Positions 30,940 through 40,968 of a stretch of 64,000 nt of DNA are shown here, piece after piece. The DNA lies in contig CAVWLW010000026.1 of assembly GCA_963755715.1 (NCBI GenBank), positions 101,910 to 165,909 on the forward strand, read 5' to 3'. The stretch comes from an uncultured delta proteobacterium. Lineage in GTDB: Bacteria; Desulfobacterota; Binatia; UBA9968. Below the pieces are notes generated by a model. The model was not told where the DNA came from, searched no databases, and saw only the letters and a list, made by a program, of their open reading frames with translations. The position numbers and the translations under genes were made by a program. Numbering within the stretch: the first letter of the stretch is position 1; each line of letters starts with the position of its first letter.

Positions 30940-31897
30940 TCACTTGAGCACTTGCTGTAGCAAAGTGAAATCCACCAGCTGAGTTGGCGCGACGTTCTTG
31001 ATGCCGGCCTCGGCCAACATGGTCGTGACGAGCGAATTCAGCATCGATTCTTCCACCATGCCGTTCTTCGTATAGTTGTTTTTCGCCATCTGATAGATAT
31101 CCGCCGCCATTTCGCGATCGAGCTTGAGCCAACTCATCATCACCTGCTGCGTGCCCTCTGGATTCTCTTGCATGTATCTCAACGCCTGCGTCATCGCTCT
31201 TCAGCATTCGCCGCACTTGATCAGGCTGTTCCTTGAGTTTTTTGATATTGACGGCGAGACCGCCGGCCAAGAGGGCATGCAGATCGGCGGCATTGATGAG
31301 AAATTTGAGACCGGCTTTCTTCGCGCGAAACGCTTCGCCGTAATCCATCATCGAGCTATCGATCGACCCTGAGAGAATCCCCGCAATGCGCGTTCCGGTG
31401 TCGACGACGCGATAAATGACATCTTTGTCGGGATCCAGGCCATAATGCTTGAGAATGAATTTCGCGGAAATCTGCTGGGACCCGAGCAAGCCTGGCACGC
31501 CCAACGATTTGCCTTTCAACTCCGTCACCGACTTGATTTCGGGACGAACCACCAAGCCCCAAAACGGCCGCATCGTGCCAAGGAACACGATCTTCACCGG
31601 CAAGCCACGAGCAGCCGACACGAAGCTGGAGCCTGCTCTGAGCGTATAGTCCACGTTACCGCTCGCCAACGCGGCGCGGTCGACCTCCGACCGTGTTAGA
31701 AGAAATTTGATGTCGAGGTTCTGCTCGCGCATAAAACCCCGCTGGCGGGCCACTTCTGCCGGTAGGAAGGTGACGGTCGGGCCGGCGTAGGAGGCAATAA
31801 TCTCTTCCAAGGCCAATGCCGGTTGAGTCCACAACAGCGATAGAGCGGCTTGCAAACAGAATATCGTTGCAACAACGACACGATTGATGCGGAGCAT
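30940..31897 (-). CDS. ABC substrate-binding protein, NMT1/SsuA family, frameshift near 31197
   Basis: ARQRGFMREQNLDI, ELKGKSLGV, HYGLDPDKDV. The C-terminus LVDFTLLQQVLK is in ORF 30940..31194. Confidence 0.82.
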
Positions 31898-31915
31898 ATA
31901 CACTCCCTTGGTGCT

Positions 31916-32952
31916 TCAAAACTCCTCGCGATAAAGATCGAGCGCTTTAAGAACCGGCGCGTCACTCATGGAAAAGAGAATTGCGTCTTCCGATGACGAG
32001 CGGTTTAAATGCCGATGGGCATACCAGAGCGGCACGACGAACGAGTCGCCTTGTTCCCAATCGAAGCGGCGCTCGCCGATCTGCGTCGCGCCTTTGCCGC
32101 GAAACACATGATAGATCACCGTGCTCGTGTGGCGGTGCGTCTCGGTTTCATCGGTTGGCAGGAAGAAGTTGCACAGCGCACTGAATCGTCGTCATCGTCG
32201 GGCCGCTTGGTGAGTGGATTGCGATATTCGCAGCAGATAGCCGTCAAAGCGATCTCTGGCGCGCAGGAGATTTTATCAATTCGTGCAGCGCCTTCTCGGT
32301 ATCGCGCCATTTGTAATGAAAAAAATCTGCAAGCGGCACACCATGCGCGAAGCGACGCGCCAAGTTTATCCATCACCTCTTCGCTGCTTTTCTCGATCGG
32401 CTGGCGGCGTTCCGAATAGCGCTCTTGCATGACCTGGTGCAGCGCCTGCACCAGCGGAAAATCCAAACCGTCGAGCCAGAGCATCGGCTCGCTCGAATCG
32501 TTCGAGTGATCATGCCAGGTGAGCTTCGGCGTGAGAATCAGATCGCCGGGCTCCATGACGCATTGCTGGCCGTTGACCGTCGTATAAGCGCCATTGCCTT
32601 GAAGGACAAAGCGCAGCGCCGCCGGCGTGTGGCGGTGCGCCCGCGCATTTTCGCCGGGCTTTACGTATTGAAATGAAATTTGCAGCGTATGCGTCGCGAA
32701 GGCTTGCTGTGGATTGAGCCCCGGATTGACCAAGCGCACGACGCGTCTCTCGCTGTTTTCCAGGCTGATCACCTCGCCAGCGCGCACGAGACTATCGTAC
32801 ACGTCCGTCCACTTCCAAAGACAGGGCTCAACGGCGGTCATCGGATGCGGCGGCAGCCCTTCCATGCCCAGGCGCCAATAACCTGAGAGATTTTTCTCCG
32901 CCATGTCGCGGTCGAGACGCGAAACACTATCGACGCTTGCGGCTTGTTTCAT
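31916..32952 (-). CDS. Cupin-type gentisate 1,2-dioxygenase-like protein, C-terminal frameshifts
   Basis: ERRVVRLVNPG, HRHTPAALRFV, GDLILTP..WHDH, WLDGLD. The C-terminal YHVFRGKG..GDSFVVP..FSMSDAPV is in ORF 31916..32119. Confidence 0.85.
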
Positions 32953-33133
32953 GATCGATCACCTCCGTGAGCTGCATGCGACCTGCATAGCCCTTGGCCA
33001 TAGCTACTGTCAATGTTCGAACAAACTGCCAACACGTCCGAAATAAGACGTTTACATCCAGCACTCATTGAGGCTATAGGAAAGCCAACGAAACACGCTG
33101 CGGATGCCTCATCGACGCGGAAGGGAGCTTTTC

Positions 33134-34174
33134 ATGGCCTATCTTCGACGCATGATGATCGTGCCATCGCTCGTCATCTCTCTCGCTCTAGCAAACCCCG
33201 CCGGAGCGCAGCAAAGTTCGCCATCGACTGAACAGGCAAAAAAGGACGGCGAGGTTGTCTGGTACGGGACGCTCACCGGCGGAGCGATCGTCGGCAACAT
33301 ACTCAAGAGCTTCGAAAACAAATATCCCGGCATCAGGGTCAAATACCTTCGCCTCGGCGGCGCGTCCTTCGTCGAAAGGATCAGGAGCGAGGCGCGCGCC
33401 GGGAAGTTTCTATGGGACGTCGTGACATCGGAATACATTCAGTTCTTCGAGCTGTCCAAGTATGTAACATTGGCGCGCTATGCCGGGCCGGATACCGCGA
33501 ACATCGCGCCGAAGCACCGCGACCCCAACGGCACCTGGGTCAGCATCTACGGCGCCATCGCGACAATCGCGTGGAATACCAAGATGGTCAAACCCACCGA
33601 GGCGCCGAAGGATTGGAAAGATCTGTTGGACCCGAGATGGAAAGGAAGGAAAATCGGACTACCCGCCGAGGCATTCCAGTGGTACGGCGGAATGATAAGC
33701 TACCTAGGCGATAAAGCCGGGCGCGACTATATGAAAGCTCTGGCCGCGCAAGATCCTCAAACCCAACAGGGTTATACCAATACGTCGAACCTTCTCACGG
33801 CGGGAGAATTTCCCGTCGCCGTCACGCGGGCGCACCGGATCGAAGACGCGCGCTCAAAAGGTGCGCCGGTGGATTGGTCTACGGACGCCAATCCGATCGT
33901 CATCAGCATCCACCCAGTCGGCATTTCGGAACGAGCGGCGCACCCGGCGGCGGCCCGGCTCTTTTACAATTTCCTCACGTCGATCGAAGGCCAGAGCCTA
34001 TTTACCGACGAAGGCTTCCTGAGTTCCCACAGCGGAGTCAAGCCGCGCTTCCCAAAAATGAACCTCGACAACATCAAACACCCCGCGCCGCCCGATCAAA
34101 AAGTCAGCGAGCGCATTCAGACCTGGATCACCGAACATCAGCAAACTTTCCGCATCCCGGTGCGCGGCGGATAG
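33134..34174 (+). CDS. Extracellular solute-binding protein (Fe3+/AfuA-like)
   Basis: AKKDGEVVWY, FENKYPGI, PKDWKDLLDPRWKG and AAHPAAARLFYNFLTSIEGQ motifs. Confidence 0.85.
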   Translation: MAYLRRMMIVPSLVISLALANPAGAQQSSPSTEQAKKDGEVVWYGTLTGGAIVGNILKSFENKYPGIRVKYLRLGGASFVERIRSEARAGKFLWDVVTSEYIQFFELSKYVTLARYAGPDTANIAPKHRDPNGTWVSIYGAIATIAWNTKMVKPTEAPKDWKDLLDPRWKGRKIGLPAEAFQWYGGMISYLGDKAGRDYMKALAAQDPQTQQGYTNTSNLLTAGEFPVAVTRAHRIEDARSKGAPVDWSTDANPIVISIHPVGISERAAHPAAARLFYNFLTSIEGQSLFTDEGFLSSHSGVKPRFPKMNLDNIKHPAPPDQKVSERIQTWITEHQQTFRIPVRGG

Positions 34175-34211
34175 GGAAGCACAGCCCTCTCACGGATCAG
34201 GGAGGTGAAAT

Positions 34212-34527
34212 TTGGAATTGCGATTGCTGGCGTTATGCGGGAAACTCACGGCAGTTCTTCCAAGAGCCGGCCATAATCTCGAATCGGCTCGCGCACGTGA
34301 AACTTCCTCTCGACTTCCCAAAGTTTCGCCGCCAGCGCGTATCGGGCACTTTGGATTTCTACGTGAAGGCGATGAGCCGCGATGGACGTGTGGGCGAAGG
34401 TGTCGTTCGCGAATTGATCAACGAACAACGCGAATTGCTGAATGTGAAGAATGAAATCTCTTTAAACCAGGTAAGCGATTTTGGTCCACTGCAGCGCGTC
34501 ATTAAAGAATTGAACTTGAATAAGTGA
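34212..34527 (+). pseudogene. Collapsed NMT1-type SBP remnant (N-terminal signal stub plus C-terminal helix)
   Basis: GGAGG RBS+TTG gives MELRLLALCG. In another frame it reads TLDFYVKAMSRDGRVGE..ISLNQVSDFGPLQRVIKELNLNK, a typical SBP C-terminus. Confidence 0.55.
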
Positions 34528-34624
34528 CGGACCGGCCGTCGGATCGGTCAGCTCGCCTTGCTTCTCCATTTGCCCTATTCTCAATTCCAAATCCGGCCGG
34601 CGCTAAGCCCAACTATGGACGCTT

Positions 34625-34945
34625 CTAGAACACGCCGGTATCGAGCAACGAATAGACGATTTCCTTCAGTGATGGATCGATCGTATCGAGTCGAGTGACC
34701 GGCGGTCCGCCGGCCAAAGACTCGACGATTTCCGGCAGATCTTCCGGCTTGACGCCGGCATACCAGACTTTTTGCGGATGAACGACGATATTCGGTCCGA
34801 AATCGCATCCGCCGAAGCAAATATACGGCTTCACCTCGGCATCGAGAGATCGCGCTGCTACTTTTTCGGTGAGCTCATTCATGAGTCGTTCCGAGCCGCG
34901 GCTCAGGCAGTCGACGTTTTGGCATACGAAGCAAGTTTGTTTCAT
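34625..34945 (-). CDS. Thioredoxin-like [2Fe-2S] ferredoxin
   Basis: VCQNVDCLSRGS..ICFGGCDFGPNIVVHP..WYAGV. Confidence 0.85.
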   Translation of the reverse strand: MKQTCFVCQNVDCLSRGSERLMNELTEKVAARSLDAEVKPYICFGGCDFGPNIVVHPQKVWYAGVKPEDLPEIVESLAGGPPVTRLDTIDPSLKEIVYSLLDTGVF

Positions 34946-35025
34946 CAATAACACCCCTTTTTGTCTCCTATTTGATTAACGCAAATAGAAGCGCGAATGC
35001 AATATCCGGCTGCTGGGCAGCGATT

Positions 35026-36171
35026 TTACTTCTGCGGCAGGACTTCTTTGACGAGTTTGAAAATCGGCGTCAAATCTTGATATTCCGGCTTTGCGAGATC
35101 GAAATATTTTTTCCCTTGCTCCAAGCGGTTGAAAGCGTCGACGTCGTCTTTCGGAATATCATTTCGGCGCGAGTTGTGCGCGTCGGGCCGTCCGAGTTTT
35201 TGCAGCGCGGTCTGACCCTCGCGCGAAAGAAACCAGTTGATGAACACCTTCGCCGCGTTGGGATGGGGCGCGCGGTTAGGAATGCCGAGTGTGCCGCCGG
35301 CGGCGCTCGAGCTGCCGCCCTCCTTCCAATCCTCGGTATCGAGATAGCCGATCGGCAACTTCTGCTGCACTGCCTTGCCGACTTCGCTGCCGGCGTTGCA
35401 GCGAATACACAGGGCAAATTTCCCGGCGGACAGCCAATCGGTCATCTGGCGCGCGTCCCGGCTCACCGTCACCTGCATTTCGCCGTAAAGTTTTTTGAGA
35501 AACGGCGGGCCGAGCTCGGGGTGAAAATAAAAGAATTGCAGCGTCGCGCCCATGCCGAAGCTGGTCGGATCGAGCGAGGCCATCTTGCCTTTCCACTTCG
35601 GATCGACGAGATCCCAGTAGGATTTGAACTCGCCGGGACTCACCTGTTTTAAATTATAGATCACTTGCCCCGACTGGGAATTGGCCACGAAGGCGAAAAT
35701 ATATCGCTTCTCCGGATCGATATAACGATGCTCGCCTTCGAACCATTTCGACTGGTCCTGGACCTCGGGAAGAAGCAGCGCCGGCTTGATCGGCTCAAGC
35801 ACATGCGCCTTGTAAAGCGCGTCGTGGATCGTGTTGGCGCCGGCGCTGACGACATCAGGCAGATATTTTTCGCCGCGCCGTTCGGCGAGAATCCGGGTGG
35901 CAAGCTGATTGCCCGAGCCCAGCACCGTCGCGACTTTGATCTTCGGATACTTCTTTTTGAATCCTTCGACGACTCGGTCGTAATCATAGCAACAACCGTA
36001 AAGCGTCACCTGCCCTTCGGCCTCCGCCGCGCGCAAAGTCTTGTCCCATTCCTCTTTCCACGGCGATTGCGCCGAAGCGAAGACCGGCCACGCAGCGACC
36101 AGCGCCACAAGCCAGACGACTTGCCAAAGCCGAAGCATTTTCAATGAATGATCGCTGGCGTCGCCGCACAT
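35026..36171 (-). CDS. Extracellular solute-binding protein (Fe3+/AfuA-like)
   Basis: AAEAEGQVTLY, FKKKYPKI, SYWDLVDPKWKGK and APHPNAAKVFINWFLSREGQ motifs. Confidence 0.85.
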   Translation of the reverse strand: MCGDASDHSLKMLRLWQVVWLVALVAAWPVFASAQSPWKEEWDKTLRAAEAEGQVTLYGCCYDYDRVVEGFKKKYPKIKVATVLGSGNQLATRILAERRGEKYLPDVVSAGANTIHDALYKAHVLEPIKPALLLPEVQDQSKWFEGEHRYIDPEKRYIFAFVANSQSGQVIYNLKQVSPGEFKSYWDLVDPKWKGKMASLDPTSFGMGATLQFFYFHPELGPPFLKKLYGEMQVTVSRDARQMTDWLSAGKFALCIRCNAGSEVGKAVQQKLPIGYLDTEDWKEGGSSSAAGGTLGIPNRAPHPNAAKVFINWFLSREGQTALQKLGRPDAHNSRRNDIPKDDVDAFNRLEQGKKYFDLAKPEYQDLTPIFKLVKEVLPQK

Positions 36172-36178
36172 GGATTGC

Positions 36179-36208
36179 AAATTACGCGATACGGCGCGCG
36201 CCTGTCAA
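36179..36208 (-). promoter_or_regulatory. Sigma70-type promoter of a probable leaderless mRNA
   Basis: Minus strand TTGACA(36208)-N18-TAATTT-N7-ATG(36171). Confidence 0.55.
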
Positions 36209-36353
36209 TTTAAATCATGCTCACAAGACTCTTGACTCGGATACCCGCAATCAAATACCTTTGCGGCGACTTCAAGAGGTGATCATCGGGAGTCGTTAGG
36301 ACATATTCGTGCGTGGGGTGTCGCAAAATTCATGAACCCTTAAGGAGGCATTT

Positions 36354-37365
36354 ATGCAACCGTCGAGCGGTAAAAGTTCTCGTCTGTTTGACCTGGTTGA
36401 TCGTCTGCAGCGCGCCTGTCTGGGGACAAGCCAATTTTTACGAGGGCAAAACCGTAACCGTTCTTATCGGCGCCAAGAGCGGTAGTCTCGAGATCGCGGC
36501 GCAGATTGTTTCCCATCATCTGGGCAAATATCTGCCTGGCAAACCGGCAGTTATCTTGCAGCACATGCCCGGCGCAGCTCATCTACTGGCGACGAATAAT
36601 GTATTCAACGTCGCTAAGCCGGACGGTCTGACGATCCTCGCTGCCAATCCCAACGTCGCCATCGCGCAACTCTCCAAAGTCGAACAGGTGCGATTTGATG
36701 TGCGGAAATTCCAATGGCTCGGCTCGTCGGGTGCGGACGGCGTGATGTTGTCCATCCGTTCCGACCTACCCTTCAAGAGTTTCGATGAGCTTAAGAAAGC
36801 GGACAAAGAATTGGTTGCCGGCACCACCGGCCCCGGTTCTAACGCCCATGACTTTCCTCTACTGCTCAAGGAATTCGCCGGTCTCAAGTTGAAGCTTGTT
36901 TCAGGTTATCCGTCGAATAGCGACGTACTCCTGGCGATCGAACGCAAGGAGGTGGACTCGTGGTCCGCACTTGCCACAACCATCAAGCTGGGAGCCGAGC
37001 GCGGCGCAGTACGCCCCCTGGTGCGAGGGCGTGTCGCGCTGGCAGGTTTTGAGAACTTGCCCATCGATGAAGACTTAGCGACCAGCGCTTTAGGGAAATC
37101 GCTGATGGGCATCAAATCGATTCCAGGAGCTATCGGTCGGGCGTTCGCAGTGGCGCCGGGCACGCCAGCCGATCGCGTGGCCATTTTGCGCGATGCATTT
37201 GCCAAAGCGATCAAGGACCCGGAACTGATCGCCGAGGCGCAGAAGGCGAAGATCGAGATGCAATTCATTTCCGCCGAGCAAGTGCTCAAAGATTTCAACG
37301 CGATGATGAATCAGACGCCGGAAACGCTGAAGGAGATGGGAAAATACATCAAGGCCGAGAGCTGA
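36354..37365 (+). CDS. Tripartite tricarboxylate transporter substrate-binding protein (TctC/Bug); N-terminal frameshift
   Basis: FYEGKTVTVLIG, HLGKYLPGKP..HMPGA, KPDGLT, GYP, PGTPADRVAILRDAF. The AAGGAGG+ATG at 36354 is out of frame with the main ORF. Confidence 0.85.
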
Positions 37366-37515
37366 CCTTAAGCGAAGCGTCACGACCTCGTCCGCGTTTT
37401 TTTGGGTGGACGTTTTGAACGGCTTGGACGTTGGAACGAAGGAATCCGGTTCCGCTTTCGCTCGGAACGGTGCACGGAGTTCGAATCCTTCGACCAGCCC
37501 CGAGGTCCTTGATCG

Positions 37516-37833
37516 TTATTTTTTTATAAACCGCTGCACCGGCATATTGCCCTGCTCGAAGCGGGGATCATAGGCCATGCCTTGGCGAATGCGCGACAGG
37601 TAATTATCCCGGTTCACGCCGAAAAGCTCGTAGCGATACAGATGATTCAGCAGAAAAGTGTGTACGCCCATCTGATAGAGCTTACCCACGGCTCCTGACG
37701 TCAGCGCCTCGCGTTCCTCTTCGGTCAGCTTGAACTCGTTTAGCACCGCTTCCGGTTCTTCCATCATACGCTTGCGAAACGCGAGGTCGTTGTCGGTGAG
37801 GTAAAGAAGCTTATTGACCTGATAGACGCTCAT
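37516..37833 (-). CDS. LigA-like small subunit of a class III extradiol dioxygenase
   Basis: MSVYQVNKLLY..FRKRMMEEPEAVLNEFKLTEEEREAL..LYQMGVHTFLL; directly downstream of the LigB-like gene. Confidence 0.7.
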   Translation of the reverse strand: MSVYQVNKLLYLTDNDLAFRKRMMEEPEAVLNEFKLTEEEREALTSGAVGKLYQMGVHTFLLNHLYRYELFGVNRDNYLSRIRQGMAYDPRFEQGNMPVQRFIKK

Positions 37834-37844
37834 GACGCTCCCGC

Positions 37845-38648
37845 TCAGTCGAATTTCCATACCGCATAGCCGTTGCCTTCGTCGCCTTCGAGAAACAAAG
37901 GTTTGGTCTTGCCGACGGCGCCGGCGACGGTGATCCAGTTCAACAACTCGCCGCTGTTGTTGCCGGCGTGATTGATCCGCTCTTCGGTGGCACGGCGCGC
38001 CAGCGTCTGATATTGGCCGCGCACGAGCAGCTTTGAAATGGTTTCCGCCCATTCAGTATCGACCCAGCCGCGCAGCGGACCGCCGACGTCCATGGCGAAG
38101 CAACCGCTGGCGATCAGCGCGATGCGCTCTTTGCCTGCCCACGCATCGATAAAACGGCGCACCATACGGCCCAAAGCCACACAGCGGGTCGCCAGCGGTA
38201 GAGGCGAAGCAAAACCATTGGTGTAAATCGGCACGACGGGGAGCCGCATACCGGGATTGAGAAAATGCAGCGGCACGGTCAGCGAATGATCGAGACGCAG
38301 CTCGTGCGCTGCGGCTAGGTCGAATTTATCATTCACGCCGTACTTGAAAAGCGCCTTGGCCAGCGGCACGTGGCCGCGCACCGTGTAACGCGGCATGGGA
38401 CACCAATCCTCCTGTGGCCCCTGCGCCTCCTCCGCCATGCCGATGCAGAACGAGGGTAAGTTGTTATAGAAAAAATTTACGAAATGATCGCTGTCCACTT
38501 CGATGATTACATCCGGCTCGGCCTTCTCCACTTGCTCGCGCACCTGCTTCATCAGCGCTTCGCCCTTCACTTTGCCCGGCGCTTGCTGCATCTCGAAAAC
38601 GAGTCGCGGTGGATGGGGCACGCCAGCGGCCAAAACCAATTTCGCCAT
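37845..38648 (-). CDS. LigB-like class III extradiol ring-cleavage dioxygenase large subunit
   Basis: GVPHPP, DSDHFVNFF, LDHSLTVPL and SGELLNWI motifs. Confidence 0.8.
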   Translation of the reverse strand: MAKLVLAAGVPHPPRLVFEMQQAPGKVKGEALMKQVREQVEKAEPDVIIEVDSDHFVNFFYNNLPSFCIGMAEEAQGPQEDWCPMPRYTVRGHVPLAKALFKYGVNDKFDLAAAHELRLDHSLTVPLHFLNPGMRLPVVPIYTNGFASPLPLATRCVALGRMVRRFIDAWAGKERIALIASGCFAMDVGGPLRGWVDTEWAETISKLLVRGQYQTLARRATEERINHAGNNSGELLNWITVAGAVGKTKPLFLEGDEGNGYAVWKFD

Positions 38649-38891
38649 GAGCTTCTTCCCTTCGCGGAGCGATCCGTCAACTGTTTACTGATTCCGGCTT
38701 AACACCGGGAGAATTTTGCGTCAATGAAATTGCGGGGGATCGCCCGATCGCAATTGAGAATGACTGGAACGATCTGAACGGCTTGAACGGTTTTCACGCA
38801 TGAATTATAGTCGCGCCGGTCTTTCTTTCGCGCGTGTCTTTGGAGAATCGTAACGGCGTTCAGTCGCGCTGACTGGAGTGGCGATCAAAAA

Positions 38892-40403
38892 ATGTTTGAT
38901 GCGTTCATCGAAGGTCTCTTGTTGGTTCTGCAATGGAAAGCCTTCAGCTTGATGCTTGTCGGCATGGCGCTCGGCTTTTGCGTCGGCCTGCTTCCCGGTA
39001 TCGGCGGCGCGGCGACGCTCGCCTTGATGATTCCCTTTATTTTTAAGATGAGCCCCGCCGAGGCATTCGCTTTTCTATTGGGCATGCATTCGGTCGCCGC
39101 CACCACCGGTGACATTACGTCGGTGCTTTTCGGTGTGCCCGGCGAGGCGATTTCAGCGGCCACTGTCGTCGACGGTTACCCGATGGCGAAAAAAGGCGAA
39201 GCCGGACGCGCTCTCGGCGCGGCGCTGATGAGTTCCCTGCTCGGCGCATTGATCGGGGCGTTCGCCCTCGCGTTGGCGATTCCGATCGTGCGCCCGCTGG
39301 TGCTGACGTTTGGCTCGCCGGAATTGTTCATGCTCTCGCTCATCGGCATCTCGTGTATCACCTCTCTCAGCGGTTCGAATACGCGCGGGCAGATTAAAGG
39401 CTTCGCTATGGGGCTGTTCGGTCTGCTCGTCTCGACCATCGGCCAAGAGCGCCAGTCGGGATCCCTGCGCTTTGATATGGGCATGATGTATCTCTGGGAG
39501 GGCCTCGATTTCGTGCCGGTGTTGGTCGGTATCTTTGCGATTCCCGAGATCATCGATCTCGCCGTGCGCGGCACTTCCATCGCCGGCGACCGGCCTGCGG
39601 AAAATTTAAGCCGCGGCGTACTCGAAGGCGTCATCGACACCTTTCGCCATTTCTGGCTGGTATTCCGTTGCTCGATGATCGGCGTATTCGTCGGCATCAT
39701 GCCCGGCGCCGGCGGCGGTGTCGCGCAATGGATGGCCTACGCGCATGCGGTGCAGAGCGCAAAGACTTCTAAAGAGCGAGCGGGTTTCGGCAAGGGCGAT
39801 ATTCGCGGCGTGTTGGGTCCCGGCGCGGCGAATAATTCGAAAGAAGGCGGCGAATTGATTCCCACCGTCGCGTTCGGCGTGCCCGGCAGCGGCGCCATGG
39901 CGATTTTGCTGAGCGGTTTTTTGATCATGGGCATCATGCCCGGCCCCGATATGTTGACCAAGCATTTGGCGCTCACCTTCTCGATGGTCTGGACACTGGC
40001 GATCGCCAACGTCATCACCGTGCTCCTGTGTCTTCTCGTGCTCGACCAACTCGCCAAGCTGACCTACGTTCGCGGCGGCTTGATCATTCCTTTCGTTCTG
40101 TTGTTGGTCTTCGTCGGCAGCTACACCGCAAACAACCAGATCGCCGACTTGATCGTGACTCTGATCTTCGGCGTGCTCAGCTATTTCATGGTGCTGTTCG
40201 GCTGGCCGCGCCCGCCTTTCGTTTTGGGATTTGTCCTCGGCAAGGTGATCGAAACGTATTTATTCATCTCGATGAGCCGTTATGGCTTTAGCTGGCTTAC
40301 CCATCCGATCGTCGTCGTCTTGATCCTTCTTATGGCCGCGGTGATCGCTTACCCGTACATTCAACAGCGGCGCCAACGTTCCGAGGGCCCAGCTCGTGCG
40401 TAA
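38892..40403 (+). CDS. tctA: Tripartite tricarboxylate transporter permease TctA
   Basis: GLLPGIGG, VLFGVPGE..VVDGYPMAKKGEAG, AANNS..IPTVAFGVPGS motifs. Confidence 0.92.
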   Translation: MFDAFIEGLLLVLQWKAFSLMLVGMALGFCVGLLPGIGGAATLALMIPFIFKMSPAEAFAFLLGMHSVAATTGDITSVLFGVPGEAISAATVVDGYPMAKKGEAGRALGAALMSSLLGALIGAFALALAIPIVRPLVLTFGSPELFMLSLIGISCITSLSGSNTRGQIKGFAMGLFGLLVSTIGQERQSGSLRFDMGMMYLWEGLDFVPVLVGIFAIPEIIDLAVRGTSIAGDRPAENLSRGVLEGVIDTFRHFWLVFRCSMIGVFVGIMPGAGGGVAQWMAYAHAVQSAKTSKERAGFGKGDIRGVLGPGAANNSKEGGELIPTVAFGVPGSGAMAILLSGFLIMGIMPGPDMLTKHLALTFSMVWTLAIANVITVLLCLLVLDQLAKLTYVRGGLIIPFVLLLVFVGSYTANNQIADLIVTLIFGVLSYFMVLFGWPRPPFVLGFVLGKVIETYLFISMSRYGFSWLTHPIVVVLILLMAAVIAYPYIQQRRQRSEGPARA

Positions 40404-40872
40404 GGGAAGCATTTTTTTCTGCCTATTCTTAATCGCGGTCGCCGCCTACGCCATCTATGCGGCGACAGGATGGAATTTTAAAACCGCGCTGTTTCCTCTG
40501 TCGGTGAGCATCCCGCTGCTCCTTCTCGGGACGGTTCAGCTTTGTTTGGTGCTTTTCGGCAGCGGCGATGCAGTCGAAGGCGCCGCCATGGATCTTGATT
40601 TTTCGAATGACGTGCCACCCGAGGTCGCGCGCAGCCGCGTCATTAATATTTTTTGCTGGATCGCCGGCTTTATCCTGCTGGTCTATCTTCTGGGTTTCCC
40701 ATTGACCGTACCGTTGTTTATTTTCGTTTACCTCAAGTTTCAAAGCGACGTGAGTTGGCTGAACTCGATCATCTTCACGGCGATTACCTGGGGCTGCTTT
40801 TATTTATTGTTTCAATCGCTCGTGCACATCCAGTTCGAGTCCGGCGCAATTCAAAACTGGCTTGGCATGTGA
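40396..40872 (+). CDS. tctB: Tripartite tricarboxylate transporter small subunit TctB
   Basis: Four hydrophobic helices, LFP and YLLGF motifs; overlaps the tctA stop. Confidence 0.8.
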   Translation: MRKGSIFFCLFLIAVAAYAIYAATGWNFKTALFPLSVSIPLLLLGTVQLCLVLFGSGDAVEGAAMDLDFSNDVPPEVARSRVINIFCWIAGFILLVYLLGFPLTVPLFIFVYLKFQSDVSWLNSIIFTAITWGCFYLLFQSLVHIQFESGAIQNWLGM

Positions 40873-40968
40873 TATTTCCTCGCGGCGGAATTTGTATCTG
40901 CCCCGATGAAGAGTAAAATCGCAAATAGGGCTTTTTGAGGATCGCGAAGTTCGCGGGAGGAGTGAGGC

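Noticed and set aside
37475-37500. tRNA-like T-loop (GGAGTTCGAATCC)
   Set aside because: The T-stem does not pair properly, and no D-arm, anticodon arm or acceptor stem/CCA can be built. Treated as part of a generic structured element.
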